A DNA stretch of 64,000 nt. Source: Felis catus (taxonomy: Eukaryota). The notes under the pieces are model-generated. The model was given only the letters and a program-made list of their open reading frames with translations, had not been told where the DNA came from and searched no databases. The position numbers were made by a program, and so were the translations under genes. Of this stretch, positions 1 to 13,169 are shown one piece after another (positions within the stretch are counted from its first letter, which is position 1; every line of letters begins with the position of its first letter). The stretch covers positions 22,508,001-22,572,000 of the forward strand of contig NC_058368.1 in the NCBI RefSeq assembly GCF_018350175.1, given 5' to 3'.

Positions 1-338
1 TACTTTTTATTTAGCCAAGGACATTACATTAAAGCGCAATTCAATAGAGGCACTTATGCTGATAACCACAATGATGCATCCCAGGTGTGAAGTCACTGGT
101 GATCTGGTTTCATCTAGGGATAAGTTATAAATTATCTAGTTGTTCTCAGGTACCAGTCTGGCAGTCAGTGATGAAATTTCCATGGGCTCATGATGAAAAT
201 GAAAAACAGTGCAGTGAGTAGTGAATTTTCCATAGTACTAAATTACCATAAAATGTCAATTTAAGAAACTATCCTTTTGTTACACCCTTACTTGGTAAAA
301 GAAGTTAGCAATCTATGTCCATAACCATTATAAGATTT

Positions 339-368
339 AAAAAAATTTTTTTTAATGTTTATTCATTT

Positions 369-412
<44 letters not shown>

Positions 413-571
413 AGCAGAGGAGGGGCAGAGAGAGGGAGACAGAATCCGAAGCAGGCTCCAGGCTACTAGCTGTCAGCACAGAACCCGATGCGGGGCTGGA
501 ACCCACAAGCCGCGAGACCATGACCCAAGCCAAAGTCAGATGCCCGACTGACTGAGCGACCCAGGTGCCCC
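339..571 (-). mobile_element. Can-SINE (SINEC_Fc-type, tRNA-derived)
   Basis: Reverse complement of GGGGCACCTGGGT head, (CT)n tract and A tail; TSD AACCATTATAAGATTT at 323-338 and 573-588. Confidence 0.95.
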
Positions 572-1269
572 AAACCATTATAAGATTTTTTTTAAACTGG
601 TCTGTGACATATAAAAATCTGGGAAACCATTGTCCTAAGAGTATGGAAAGACACACAATCCTCTATGAATATTATTTTTCTCAACAAGGCTTTTGATATC
701 TTTATAACTGGCAGCAATATGCTAGAAATTATACACTCTGACAAATATCTGGAATGCAGCTCTCCAATGTTACAAGTTTAATACAAAAAAACATATGTTT
801 TAGAAATCAGTCAGTTTGGGAGAAGAATTGATATACTATAATAAAAATTTAGGAAGCAGGCAAGAACCATGCATAAATGGAAGCCACCCCGCTGTCCCTC
901 TGAGTTGAGCCAACGGAGGGCAGGGCTAAGAGTGTCCTCAGGAAGTTATTCTTGGATGACTCACTAACTTACAGACAAATGCATGAGAGAAATTCCCAAG
1001 TTTTACACCACTGAGCACCACCACAATAATTCCAGCCCAGGAGCACTGGAAAGTGGACATAACCAAGTGCTCATCTGGACCATTAAACAACAACAACCAA
1101 AAACTCAAACAAAAACTACACAGTAATAATACCTACAGAATGGTTAGCTTCGAGTAATTGAACTTTTTGGATTTTTTGAAAGATTAACAACTGCATATTG
1201 GTAATGGATGACATCATCCGGTAAAGGGGATTTGTAGCCATATATAAATAGTTAATATTTTTTGAGTAC

Positions 1270-1460
1270 TGTTTTAAGCATTTTACATGTAAATACATTC
1301 AATCCTCACAGCGACCTTATGAGATACATATTATTATTATCATTATTACTATATCCCATTTTTACAGATGAACAAACTGAGGCTGAGGGCTGTTAAATAA
1401 ATGTCCTCCAACTACTAAGAGGTGGAACAAAGCTTCAAACCCTAGTGGAGCAACCCCAGA
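1270..1460 (-). mobile_element. MIR SINE fragment
   Basis: CCCATTTTTACAGATGAACAAACTGAGGCT matches the MIR core in reverse. Confidence 0.8.
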
Positions 1461-3469
1461 GACCACACTAACAGAAAGATGCTTCACTGACTCCTTACCT
1501 AACCATAAACCTGGAAGAAGTTGGGAGATAGTTGCCAGGAATGGTGCCCTAATCTTAGACTAGTTAATTTGTGACCATTCTGTCTGCAAGTAACCAGATC
1601 CCAAGGACAATTTTCTTGGAAGGCCACTTTTTAGGCTGTAATAATAAAGTCATATCATCTTCAGATAAGAGGATGCTTCTTGTTCTATTCTCAAATCCTT
1701 GGCCTCCAGCTTACCCAGGAAAGGCATCAAATTGTTCCAATATAAGTTAAAAGCAAGGGGGATGGGGAGTGGAATGTGACTCTGATGCTCAGAACATATC
1801 CTCTTTCTATACACAGAATTGTACTGGATTGGCCAGGTCACTCCTGAATCCCTGGGTCATGGAAGGTACTAGGGAGCGATCTCGGCATGAACATGAAATG
1901 TCTATGGTGTCTCTCTTAAATTCTGGTGGCTTGGCCCACATCAAATTCTATTCCACTTAGTCAAAGACCTAAGGAAGATAAAAATCAACTTCAAACTGTC
2001 TTTTAATAAGCCTGCTGACTTCTTTCTAAGAAAAGAGAATTTAGGATGGTTGATAGTAGATTAGGAATGCCTAAAGCTGGCCTTCTGGATTGGAGGTAGA
2101 ACCAGCAGTCAGATCATGTTCCCCTGAGCTTGGGGTCTTTCTGTTGTGCTTTCATCCTAGAAAACCTTCAATCTCTCACAATGACCTCCAACTTCACTTT
2201 GTGTCACTTTTCATGTTACGCTGTCACCATGGCAACACTCCATGCCTTTTGGGTCTCTGGCCTGAGGTAACATGGGCTCTCTCTAGCAGGTGAGTCAATA
2301 GAAGTTCAAAGTATTTACAAATTAGGAAATCACAGGTGGCCAGAGCTGATAACGGTCCAGTGTTTGAGACTATTCTCACCAATTTCCCTGAGCCCAAATA
2401 TTGCACTTCTGTTTCCAACCTTCTGGGCAGAGCTTAATCTCTTGGTTTGGGGCCACTCAGGAAATCTGTTCTCCTACGTCAGATACTTCTTTTTCAACTC
2501 AAAGTCTTCTATGCTTTTCTAGTCCTTTCTTCTTTCTAACCTGCAGTCTGGATTCTTTGTTCTTTTTGTTCTGCAAATCTTTTAAAGTCCCTGAGTTTCT
2601 TTTGGGGAAAACAACCTTGTTTATCCACAGTTATCTGTCCTGTCTTTGACATATCTACACGCAATAGACTATCTGCAAGAGGCCAGTACCAAAGAGCAGA
2701 GGCATCTCACCACGTTGAAGGCAGAAATAGAGCTAGCTACCAGGGCATAGAGGACAAATTTGCCAGCACAGTTTCCCCACTCCAAAAACTGTTACTTTTG
2801 ACTTGACAGAAGAACATTAAATATTTATGCATAGACTCATCAAACAAATGTTTATTGGTACAACACTGTGCTAAAGCCCATCATAGAGTTATTTGGGTCC
2901 TGCCTTTAAGGGGTTTTTTAGTCTGGCAGGAAAGCTGTTGCATGCATTACATGATATAAAAGATTATGTTCTAGGCAGAGAATGATACAGCTATAAGAAA
3001 TGTACAAACAAAGTGCCATGGGAGTTCAGATTATTTGGTCATTGAGAAGTCAGAAATGAATCTAAATAAAAGAAAGCAGGAATAAAAATTTACAGTGGGA
3101 GTGAATTAAAAAAGGTCAACTAGTCCATCTGATTTGCTTTGTAGATTAAATAAACAGACCCAAATACATTTTAAAAAGTAAACAAGAAGATATATAGTTT
3201 AATTGTGACAAAATTGGCTCTAGAACACATGTGTTTGGATTTCTAGCCTGGAGCTATTTTATCTCTACCAAGTAGCCTTCTCCAATAACCCAAGAACATG
3301 TGGACCACAAATTGGCTCTAAATTAGCAATAGCCAGCAAAATCATTTTTTAAAAATTAAGACAACCGTATTAATTGGAGAATGTCTTAGAAAAGACAGGA
3401 AAGAACTCTTTGGTTATATTTGGCTTCAATTCATTTCTTGTTATAAGAAACTACATCCAAAAGAGAGCT

Positions 3470-3700
3470 ATGAAAATAAAAGAATGGGAAATGAGACCAT
3501 AAGAAGGGCTCTGGAAATCAGAGTTATTTAGTCTGAAAAAAAGAATGTTAATGGGGGAATTCTTTGGCCTTCAGGGATTAGGAGGTCCCCAACCAGCTGT
3601 TCTCCATTTCTCCAGAAGGCAGAAAACCAGAGAAAATAGACTTGAATATAAAGCAGAAAAGATGAAGTTAGACATCAGGAAAAGGCCCCCAATCTGAAGG
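3470..3700 (+). mobile_element. CR1/L3 LINE fragment (degenerate 3' region)
   Basis: TTTAGTCTGAAAAAAAGAA...CAGCTGTTCTCC...AAGTTAGACATCAGGAA resembles the L3 3' region. Confidence 0.55.
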
Positions 3701-4239
3701 TCTGCTGTGTACAAAGGACACTCTCAAGTACTCTGGATTGCCTTTTCTTTTCAGGCAATGGATTGCCTACCTGGGAACCAACACTTCTCCCATAAGTCCT
3801 GTAGATCTGACTGGAATCAGGGAAAAGGCCTTTTCAGGATCCCTCCCAGGTTTGGAAGATTATTCAAACCCTAATACCCATGTTCTATTGATCTTATCAA
3901 TTAGGAGAAGTTAAAAATGAAATGTGACATAATATTTCCAGGCAATTAGAAAGAGAATGGAATCAGACATTTCCATAAGATGTGAGAATTTCAGAACTGA
4001 AAAAGCTAATGAAGTTTATTGTTTGACAAATGGCCATTTTGCAGTCAAGTTTAAAAAAAGAGATTGAGAAGGAAGCATGCATGTTTTCGACCCTTTCCGT
4101 GGAATTTCTAGGCCTCCCATTCCCACTCTTTACTTTTCCCTCTACCAAATTATTATCCCTCAAAACAATGCTCAGTTGTTGATGAATCTCTACCTTATTA
4201 GCTGAGGATGACATAAGTTTCTGGTTCCAAAAACTGAAT

Positions 4240-4385
4240 ATAGAATCATCTGGAAAGTTGAAAATAAAATGGAAAAGCCCAGGTCCCATTCCAGAGTTTC
4301 TGACATAATAGGGTGAAAGCGGGACCTAAGTATTTGTAGTTTTGAAAAACTCTCTGATGGTCCCAATGCCCTGGTTTGAGGACAG
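4240..4385. mobile_element. MER5-family hAT-Charlie MITE
   Basis: AGAATCATCTGGA...CCCAGGTCCCATTCCAGAGTTTCTGA...GGTTTGAGGAC pattern. Confidence 0.6.
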
Positions 4386-4774
4386 TTAGCTTGTGGTATT
4401 TTTTTCTCTCCCAGAGATATCTTTCCTTTAACAGGAATCTCTTGAAGACCTCTGAAATTTTCAAATCCCCAGTGAATCTAAGATGGTGTGATTTCTGATG
4501 CAGATGGTCAGAGAAGTAATTTCGGGCATTTTGTCCCCTGAGATGTTCCATATGGACTCCTGTTATTCTGCAGACTTGATAGTGACCTTGGTTTTGCAAA
4601 GGGAAGTGTTGCTATTGCATGGGAGTAGCTCTAAGGGAAGGGGAGAATCTCAAATACCTAGGACGTGGGGCAGCATCCATGGGGGAGGAAGGATGAAGTG
4701 AAATACAAGGTAGGTGGGCCAGTAGATCCACTTTTGGAGCTCTCTGGTTGGCTGTAAAACCTGCTGTTGACTGG

Positions 4775-5320
4775 TGTTTTGTATTCTTTTATGAGATGGT
4801 CAGTCAAATGTGGCCACAAGAGGAGACAGAGGAGAGGCTCAGAAAAAAATAGTTTATTGTACTCACAGCATCATGCCATACAGCATGCCATTTCCACACA
4901 TGGGAAAGTCACCAGGGTGGTTAGACAGAAAAAGACAGGACTTAGGGGAAGGTTTAGCCTTTATAGGAGTTTCCCACGGAAAAGCAAGACAGGGCTAGGT
5001 AAAGAGTTTAGGATTGGCTATTTTGGATAATTTCTGCAGGCTGTAAGGGTGGTCTCTAATTGTCTGACACCTGGCTTTGGGATGACTAAGGCAGAGGAAT
5101 ATTGCCCAATGGGGTATATTGCCTAGATAGAGGAAGTAAGACTCTGGATTGGTTAGTTTGTATATCAAAGGTAGTTCCTGGCTGGGTTTTTTTTTTTTTT
5201 TCTAAGAATTGGCTAGCCCAGGGAAGGACAGTCTCTCCCCAGCCAGAAAGGTGCTTATTTTTTTTTTTTTAAGATGACAAAACAGTATAAATACAGAAAA
5301 TTAAAAATAGTTACTATACA
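4775..5320 (-). mobile_element. ERVL solo LTR, MER76-like
   Basis: TG...CA termini; reverse strand reads TGTATAG..AATTTTCTGTATT..TGGCTGGGGAGAGACTG..GGGCTAGCCAATTCTTAG..TTTGATATACAAACTAACCAATCCAGAG, as in recalled MER76. Confidence 0.75.
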
Positions 5321-5777
5321 ATTGTTTTCTGATCTGGGGGGTATTATTATTATTATTATTATTATTTACTATACCCTATGGGCTTGCCCCTATAGTGTTG
5401 TACATTGCTGAGGCTGTGTAAAGTCTAGAAAATCTAGGAGATTTGTCAGTTTTTCTCCCCTCTTGAGCCATTTTTAAAAAATCAGCTAAGGAACCAAAAG
5501 GACAATGAGGAATGAGACTGCAAGGAAATTGATGATGAATTGTTTACTGACCCTTAAAACTCCTTCAGACTTGCTGCACTGATCCTCTAGCCCTGACAGA
5601 TAATCAGAACTCTTCTGAGAAATTCTTTGCTTCATAAATTGGAGTACTTGAGTATCACATTGACGGGAACTCAATATTTTTCTTGGAAGGATTGGGTCAG
5701 TCTGAACTGGCTGTTCCTTAGTAAATGGTATTAATGCCTAAGCAGTGATTACCAACTGGTGTTTATCTCAACTATAG

Positions 5778-6235
5778 TGTGGCAGAGCCTTACTTGTCTT
5801 CCCCAAATCTCTTCTTCCCTTCCTCTTAGGCACAAAACTGCTTACTTAGAGATTGGACTTCCCAGCCAACTTTGCAGCTAGGTGTGGCCATGTGATTAGA
5901 CTGTCTTCAGTGAAGTGTGAGCAAATTGATGTAGATAACATCAGCCTAACCTAACTGAAAGGGTATTGCTTGCCCAGGATTTGCTTTTCTTGTGAACTGG
6001 AAAGCTTGCAGACCAGGGAGACAGCTGCAGCCACATAGAAGAGACTAATGTCCCAGGGGAGCAGAGGAGTGAGATGGAAGGAACCTGGGACCCTGAGGCA
6101 TCTTCTGAAGTCAAGCCAACCAGCCTACCTGGAGTACTCATCTTGGGACTTTATAAAAGAAATAAACTTCTACTTTATTTAAAGCATTGTGTTGTGGGTC
6201 TCTTTGTTATGGCTGTTGAGAATGAACTTCATACA
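5778..6235 (+). mobile_element. MaLR solo LTR (MLT1I/J-like)
   Basis: TGTGGCAG start; TTCCCAGCC..TTGCAGCTAGGTGTGGCCATGTGA; AATAAACTTCTA..TTTAAAGCA..TCTTTGTTA. Confidence 0.75.
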
Positions 6236-6530
6236 TAATTGTAGATGTGACTTTTTATTTGTTTTTCTAAGGAGATTATGATTTTCATGGAAACAAAGAA
6301 CCTCAGAATGCAGAAATAGTTAAAGGCCATCTTATTTGACTTCTTTCCCATGCAGGACTCCTCTCTATGATGTCCCTTCAACAGGTCACTCAGGCTCTGT
6401 ACCAACACTTTTGTGATGGTATCTATACCACTCAGTAGGATGTTCAGACTATGGACTGCTACGTTTACAGTTTTATATCATTCCTCCTGTGACCAACAAT
6501 GCATTATGTGCTATAAAAATAATTGGCATT

Positions 6531-6744
6531 GGGGCACCTGGATGGCTCAGTCGGTTAAGTGTCCGACTTCAGCTCAGGTCATGATCTTGTGGTTCATGAG
6601 TTCCAGCCCCACGTCAGGCTCTGTGCTGACTGTTAAGAGCCTGGAGCCTGCTTCAGATTCTGTGTCTCCCTCTCTCTCTGCCCCTCCCCTGCTCATGTTC
6701 TGTCTCTCTCTGTCTCTCAAAAATAAATAAACGTTAAAAAAAAA
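6531..6744 (+). mobile_element. Can-SINE (SINEC_Fc-type)
   Basis: GGGGCACCTGGATGGCTCAGTCGGTTAAG head, CT-rich body, AAAATAAATAAACGTTAAAA tail; degenerate TSD around TAATTGG. Confidence 0.95.
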
Positions 6745-6814
6745 CTAATTGGTGTGTAAAACATTTAACTCATCCTTCCCCCAAAATATGGTCTACATAA
6801 CACCTGTTCTAGAA

Positions 6815-7080
6815 GACGCTCCCCATATAAAGCATTCTGGAGCCACGTAAATTTTGAAAACACTTGTACTATACCTCCCCTCAAAGATTACAGGCACCAC
6901 ATATATTAATACTTTAAGGTTTAGTAAAGCCTGAAATAAATTTATTTACCTTGGTTTAATCCAGAGTTTATTAAACATATTTGGCCATGAATCATTCCTA
7001 GATGCTTTTCTTCCTGAATTGTATCTGACAACATCATGTGGAATTGGCATGTTCTGTAAAACACATTTAGGGAATGTATA
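6815..7080. mobile_element. hAT-Charlie (Charlie4-like) remnant
   Basis: TTTAATCCAGAGTTTATTAAACATATTTGGCCATG..AAAACACATTTAGGGAATG; a related sequence lies inverted at about 30543-31130. Confidence 0.45.
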
Positions 7081-7439
7081 TATAACCCATGACCTTTACT
7101 CAGTTGGCACAATTTCCTAGACCACTGACCCAGTCACCCACAGATACACAGGATGCAACTCCACATAGGATAGAAAAACGTTAGGATTTGTTTATATTGC
7201 TTGATTATTGGATGTCAGCCCAGTCAGTAATAAACAGGAAATGTTTTTATTTGAGAATATACCAAGAACTCCAGAGACAAAGGAAGTACACACCCAAAAT
7301 AAAATCCTCGCCCAACAAACTATAAACATGTAACTAAACTCTTCCTTCCCAGTACCATTTGCAGGCATTACTAATAGAGAATCTAGTCTTTACTGATAAG
7401 AAAACCTGGTTTCTCTCCTGTTTAATCTCAGCCGGTTTT

Positions 7440-7660
7440 AGTAGAAAGACTATGGGACCAGACTCAAACAGATCTAGATTTGAATCCCACTTACTATCTC
7501 TGCGATTTTTGGAAAGTTATTAATTCTAACTGAGCTTCAATTTCCTTTTTGATAAGTTAGGGATAAAAATCGGTCATTATGTTTGCAGGGATTAAGTGAG
7601 ATAATTGCAGCAACGTGAAAGGAAAGCAAAAGACCTAGCACATAGTAGGAATGCAGCAAA
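7440..7660 (+). mobile_element. MIR fragment
   Basis: GATTTGAATCCC..GGAAAGTTATT..CTGAGCTTCAATTTCC..GGATTAAGTGAGATAA..CCTAGCACATAGTAGG. Confidence 0.7.
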
Positions 7661-8429
7661 TGGTAGAGTTATCGTAAGTTCTCCACTCTCCTCTCACCCT
7701 CCCCTTTTTAAATGTTTACATCTGTTGCAGACTGATCTTACCATATATTTTATTACTATAGGATGGATCCAAGAAATTTACTCAACATCCATTTAAAATT
7801 AAAGGATATAATTTGTTCATGTAGCTGCCAAGATAATGTCTTTTCTCTTGTTAATAGCTGTTATAGAATATGAATAGTGAAGCCTTCCTTCTTTTTTATT
7901 CATAGAAATTTTTGAGTTCCATCATTGAGGGTGTTGTAGTGCCCCTTACTGTAATGATTAATATTTGAAAAATATCACAGACAGCCACATTACCATTTCC
8001 CAACTAATGTTATTTTTTTCCTTCTTGATGGAGACAAAATATTATGATTGTAATTAAATTTCATTTATTTTCCTACAATTCTGTTTTAACAGATGAGGGC
8101 ACTAAATGACACTGTAAAGTCAAAACTATACTTTTGGGAACCAAAGAATTTTTCAGGAACTGAAACAGGTCAAAAGGTCAACTAAAGGTTAGAAATTTGT
8201 TTGAAGCTTTGTTTGTTTACCCAATTTGTAAAAGGTAAAACTTTTGTTTGTGGCTATCCATTAGCAGCTTAAAACAGACAAACTGTCCCCCGAGAACAGT
8301 TATAAAAGCCGAATAGCATTTTTTTTAAAAGCATGCAGCTATTCGAAGATCTTAAAGAACAACCAAAGAAGCAAAAACTTAAGGGCCCAAGATTCCAGAG
8401 ATAGTCCTTGATATAACAACCTGATAAGA

Positions 8430-10560
8430 ATAAAGCAAGAAAGGAATATTACAGGTTAGTCACTTTTCTTAGCATAGTTGCAAAAATTATATATGAGATA
8501 TTTACAAACAGAATTGAGTATTATATATAAAATGAATAAGCCATCATGACCAAATTGAGTTTATTCCAGGAATGCATGGTTATTTAGATTAGAAAAACCA
8601 ATCAATGCAATTTTTTACCTTAACAGAATGAAGGGAAAAAATTATACAATCATCTCAGTAGATGCAGGATAATTATTTGATTAAGTTTAGTGCCTTATAG
8701 ACTTGTAGAAAGCTAGAAATAGAAAGGGATTTATTTAATCTAAAATTAAAAATATTTTTGGAAAAACTCACAGCAAACATTGTTCTTAATGGGAAATATT
8801 AAAAGCTTTTCTCCTGAAAGCAGTAATATGACATTGTATTAGAGGTTCTAGGCAATAAAATAAGGCCAAAAAAAAAAAAAAACTACAAAGAAATGTCATA
8901 AAAACTGGAAAGAAAAACATAAAACCATCATAATTTGTAGAGCATATGATTGAGTACATTGAAAACCCATAAACTATTAAAATTAAAAGGTGAATTTAAC
9001 CGGGTCTTTGGACACAAGGTCAATACATGAAATTCAACTGTATATTTATATACTAGAAACAAACAACTAGAAATAAAATTTCTATTTATAATGATGCCAT
9101 TTATAAATAGTTACCTATTAAAATGTGTATAAGGTCTCTACATTGAAAACAACAAAACATTATGGAGAGAAATTAAAGAAATCTTAAATAATGGAGTAAT
9201 ATACCATACTTAGGGATTGGAAGGCTCAGTAGTGAAAAGTTGTCAACTTCACCCAAATTTATTTATAATTTTAATGCATTTCCAGTTAAAATTCCACAGA
9301 GTTTGTGTGTGTGCATATGTGTGTGTGCATGCATGTTTGTGTTTGTATGCATGTTTGTGTTTGTATGCATGTTTGTGTTTGTATGTGTATAGATTGACAG
9401 GTTGCTTCTAAATTTTAGAAGGACAAAGTTGGAGACTTACTGTGCCAGATATTAGGACTTATATAATGCTACAATAATTAAGACAGTGTGATATTGTGCA
9501 AGGAGAGACAAATAGACCAAAGGAGAAAACCAGAAATCAGAAATAGGCCAACACATGTGATGTCATTTGATTCATGACAAAGATGACTCCTGTAAAGCAG
9601 TGGAAAAGCATAGTCTTTTTGACAAGTGACACTGTGTCAGTTGGATATCCATACAGAAAAAATATATATAGATTTATATTTTGTACCATTTGGTAAAACC
9701 AATTTCAAGTTAATTGTGGACTTAAATGTGAAGATAACATAGAAATGTAACATTGGAATATGCAAAGATAACTTTCATGGGATACCAAAAGCATTAAGCA
9801 TAAAAAAAATTGATAAATGGGACTTTATTGAAATCAGAAACTTTTCTTTATCAAGAGATGAGAGTGAAGATAAGAATATGTGTAATACATGTATCTGGTA
9901 TATTCAGGTATCAGATATATATGTATATACAATAACTCCTATAAATCAGGAAGAAAAGATAGATTATTACTCACCCTTCTCTCCCCAAAAAAATGGGCAA
10001 AGATTTTGAGCAGACATTTCACCAAAGAGGATATCCTAATGGTCAATAGACATATGAAATTGTGCTCAACATCACTAGTTATGAGATAAATGCAAAGTAA
10101 AATCATGATAAGATAGCACTATATATTCATTACAATAACTAAAAATGTAACAACTGATAATACCAAGCACTGGTAAAGATGTGGAGCAAATGGACTCAAA
10201 TGCACTGCTAGTAACAATATAATTTGGTATATTCCTTTAGAAAAGTGTTAAGCAGAAGCTACTAAAATTAAACGTGTGTATACTCTAATTTCAGTGCTGG
10301 AATTAGCAATCCCACTACTGGGTATCTAACAGAAATGCATACATTTGCACTTTAAAATGTCAGATATCAGTACAAAAATGTTCAGTCAGAGATATTTATA
10401 GTAGTCCCAAGCTGGAAACAACCCCAGGGCCCTCAGTAAAAAAAAATGGACAAGGAACTTTTGGTATATTCGTGAAATGAATACTACATGGCAATGAAAA
10501 TAAAAATTTACTGTTTTTCATGCAACATGGATAAATCTTGTAAACATAATATCAAGTCAA
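8430..10560 (+). mobile_element. Ancient L1 (L1M/L1ME-type) degenerate ORF2 fragments and 3' region
   Basis: CATCATGACCAAATTGAGTTTATTCCAGGAATGC is the HHDQxxFIPGM ORF2 motif; ORF 9889-10089 carries [23 protein letters not shown] (ORF2 C-terminus); many indels and stops. Confidence 0.9.
9301..9390 (+). repeat. TG-rich tandem repeat with 3 perfect copies of GCATGTTTGTGTTTGTAT
   Basis: Copies at 9331-9348, 9349-9366, 9367-9384. Confidence 0.9.
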
Positions 10561-10574
10561 AAAAGTCAGAAAAA

Positions 10575-10697
10575 GGGGTGCCTGGGTGGCTCAGTCAGTT
10601 GAGCATCGGACTCTTGATTTTGGCTCATGTCATGATCCCAGGGTGGTGAGATTGAGCTCTGTGTTGGGCCCTGCACTGAGTGTGGAGTCTGCTTAGG

Positions 10698-10745
<48 letters not shown>

Positions 10746-10806
10746 CCTCTGCCCCACTCCCCTGCTGTTGCTTTCTCTCCTTATCTCTCTCTTTCTCTCA
10801 AAAAAA
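10575..10806 (+). mobile_element. Can-SINE (older subfamily) with long (CT)n
   Basis: GGGGTGCCTGGGTGGCTCAGTCAGTTGAG head; TSD AAAAAAGTCAGAAA. Confidence 0.92.
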
Positions 10807-11366
10807 AAAAGTCAGAAATAAAAGTGTTAGGGGAATTATTGATTACTGAGGATATTTGTTTAAAATGACCAATCCATTAAGGCTTACTATTTCTTCTTCT
10901 ATAAATTTTGATAATTTATATGTTTCTTAAAAATTATTTATATTTTCAGCCTTATAGGCATAAAATTACAGTAACCTTTCAAAGTTTTTAAAGTTGCCAT
11001 TATAGCTGAAATTTCCATCTGATGTTTCTCCTCCAAAAATTCCTCAATACTTTTCCCTCCTGTCTTTCAGTGACATTATAAGTTTATTCCTTTTTTATTC
11101 CCTTAAAAGTCTTTTTTTTTTGTCATTTCAAGAGATTTGGGTTAGAAAGGAACATAGACATTTCCTTTTTTTATCCAATTTTCCTTCAATACCATCTTTT
11201 TTGTGGTATCTGCTATTTACATATTTTGAGACAATGTATAAGGCTACAAACCAATAGTAGTTTAGTACTGTTAATATACCCTCAATAAAAACTCTCTTTG
11301 GAAATAGTTACCACTGGCTATTTATTATTTTATTATTAAAGTTTATTTATAGAAAACTAGCAGGCA

Positions 11367-11594
11367 GGGGCGCCTGGGTGGCGCAGTCGGTTAAGCGTCG
11401 GACTTCAGCCAGGTCAGATCTCGTGGTCCGTGAGTTCGAGCCCCGCGTCCGGCTCTGGGCTGATGGCTCAGAGCCTGGAGCCTGTTTCCGATTCTGTGTC
11501 TCCCTCTCTCTCTGCCCCTCCCCCGTTCATGCTCTGTCTCTCTCTGTCCCAAAAATAAATAAAAACGTTGGAAAAAAAAATAAAAAAAAAAAAA
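11367..11594 (+). mobile_element. Young feline Can-SINE (SINEC_Fc)
   Basis: CpG-rich head GGGGCGCCTGGGTGGCGCAGTCGGTTAAGCG; long A tail; perfect 16-bp TSD AGAAAACTAGCAGGCA at 11351-11366 and 11595-11610. Confidence 0.97.
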
Positions 11595-11949
11595 AGAAAA
11601 CTAGCAGGCATTAGGGAAAGAGAAAATTCCTGTGAGATTTTTTGAGTATCTAGATACTATTTATCAAGCAAATAGTTTTACAGGGCATGCTTGTTATTTC
11701 ATTCAAATTAGTATTGCTACGAAAGTAATAAGTCCACTTGTCAGTCACATTTTCATTGTAAGTCAAGTTGAAGAAAAAGAAGGCATTTATGGACCAAGCC
11801 CTACGGCAAATAAGCAGTTAATGGCAGGTACAGAAAAAGATGCAAATGAGTGAAAGTGACAAACACAAAGGAGCCTAGTGATCTCTCAGAGACCCTATGA
11901 CCTGTGCATGAAAGTCACCAATAAAGATCCCTACCCATCTCAACAGCAA

Positions 11950-12960
11950 CATTGGATCATATTGACATACACAAATGCCTTCAACATTCTGAAGAAAGAA
12001 ATAATTTTCTATCCAGGATTCTATACCCAGAAAAACTATCGATAATCTGTGAGGGTAGAATAAAAACATTTTAGACAGGCAAGGTCTCAAAAAATTTACC
12101 TTTCTTTGTGAATTTACCAGAGGAAGTGTTCTGCTAAAATTAGAAAGTAAACCCCATAAGAGGAAGACATAAAATCCAGAAAACTGAAAATCTTGCACAG
12201 AGGGAGGTGAAGGGTATTAGTAGGCCTTGAGAATGACTAGTCCAGACTGAAGCAGATTAGAGAGTTCTGGGAGATATGTCTTCACACATACAACACCTAA
12301 GTGAGTTATATAAGATAGACACAACTTTACGGAGTTTGGATTGAATTTGAGATTATTCATAGAAAATTAAGCAAAATAAAAACATGATCATTATTAACTT
12401 CAGGGAAAAGAGAACAGAAAAGTAATTGTAACACGCATCATAGCTCAACTGAGAGTAATGTTTATGTCATCAAATTAATACTGTTCACTGATGTAAACAA
12501 AATTATGGTATAACTACACAGGGAGAGGAGAGGAATGAGAAATGTGTGTTTTGTGATTGAAGCAATACCTAAAGCTGAATCACTATAGTATTTAGAGATA
12601 TTTAAGTAAATTACCAAAAGCATCAGTTAAAAACATTTTTAAAGTAACTCCCTTTGGGGAATAGGAAAAAAACAGCGGGTAAGGATGACTTTTTTTTTTT
12701 AAGTTTATTTATTTATTTTGAGCTAGAAGGAGAGAACATGTATGAGTGAGCAGTGGAGGGGCAGAGAGAGAGGGAAAGAGAAGAATCCCAAGCAGGCTCC
12801 ACACTCAAAGTGTGGAGCTCGAACCCACAAACTGAGAGATCATGACCTGAACCGAAAGCCACCCAGGCTCCCTGAGGATGACTATTTTTTTTATAACAAG
12901 TCTTGTGGAACCATTTGACTGTAACAATAAGCATGCTGAATTATGATAAAAATATAAACT
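11950..12960 (+). mobile_element. HAL1 (half-L1) 3' portion, interrupted by a SINE
   Basis: TTCAACATTCTG..GATTCTATACCCAG..TGTGAGGGTAGAATAAAAACATTTTAGACAGGCAAGGTCTCAAAAAATTTACC encodes the ORF1-like RILYP..CEGRIKTF motif of HAL1. Confidence 0.75.
12691..12873 (-). mobile_element. Can-SINE, internally shortened
   Basis: GAATCCCAAGCAGGCTCCAC..GAGATCATGACCTGA..GCCACCCAGGCTCCCC; TSD AGGATGACT. Confidence 0.9.
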
Positions 12961-13169
12961 AAAAGGCGAAATTATGAAAAGACTTGAATAAAAAAAAAAG
13001 GACTCAAATTTTATGTGAGCTTGGACAAGTAACTTAACCTCTCTGGACATAATATGTAAAATAAATGGATAGGATAGGTAACCTTCAATTTTGGATGACC
13101 TCTGGCTCCTGATAGTTAAGTGTTAAGGTACCTGGTTTTAACTTGAAGACTCAATAAGATCCCAGGGAA

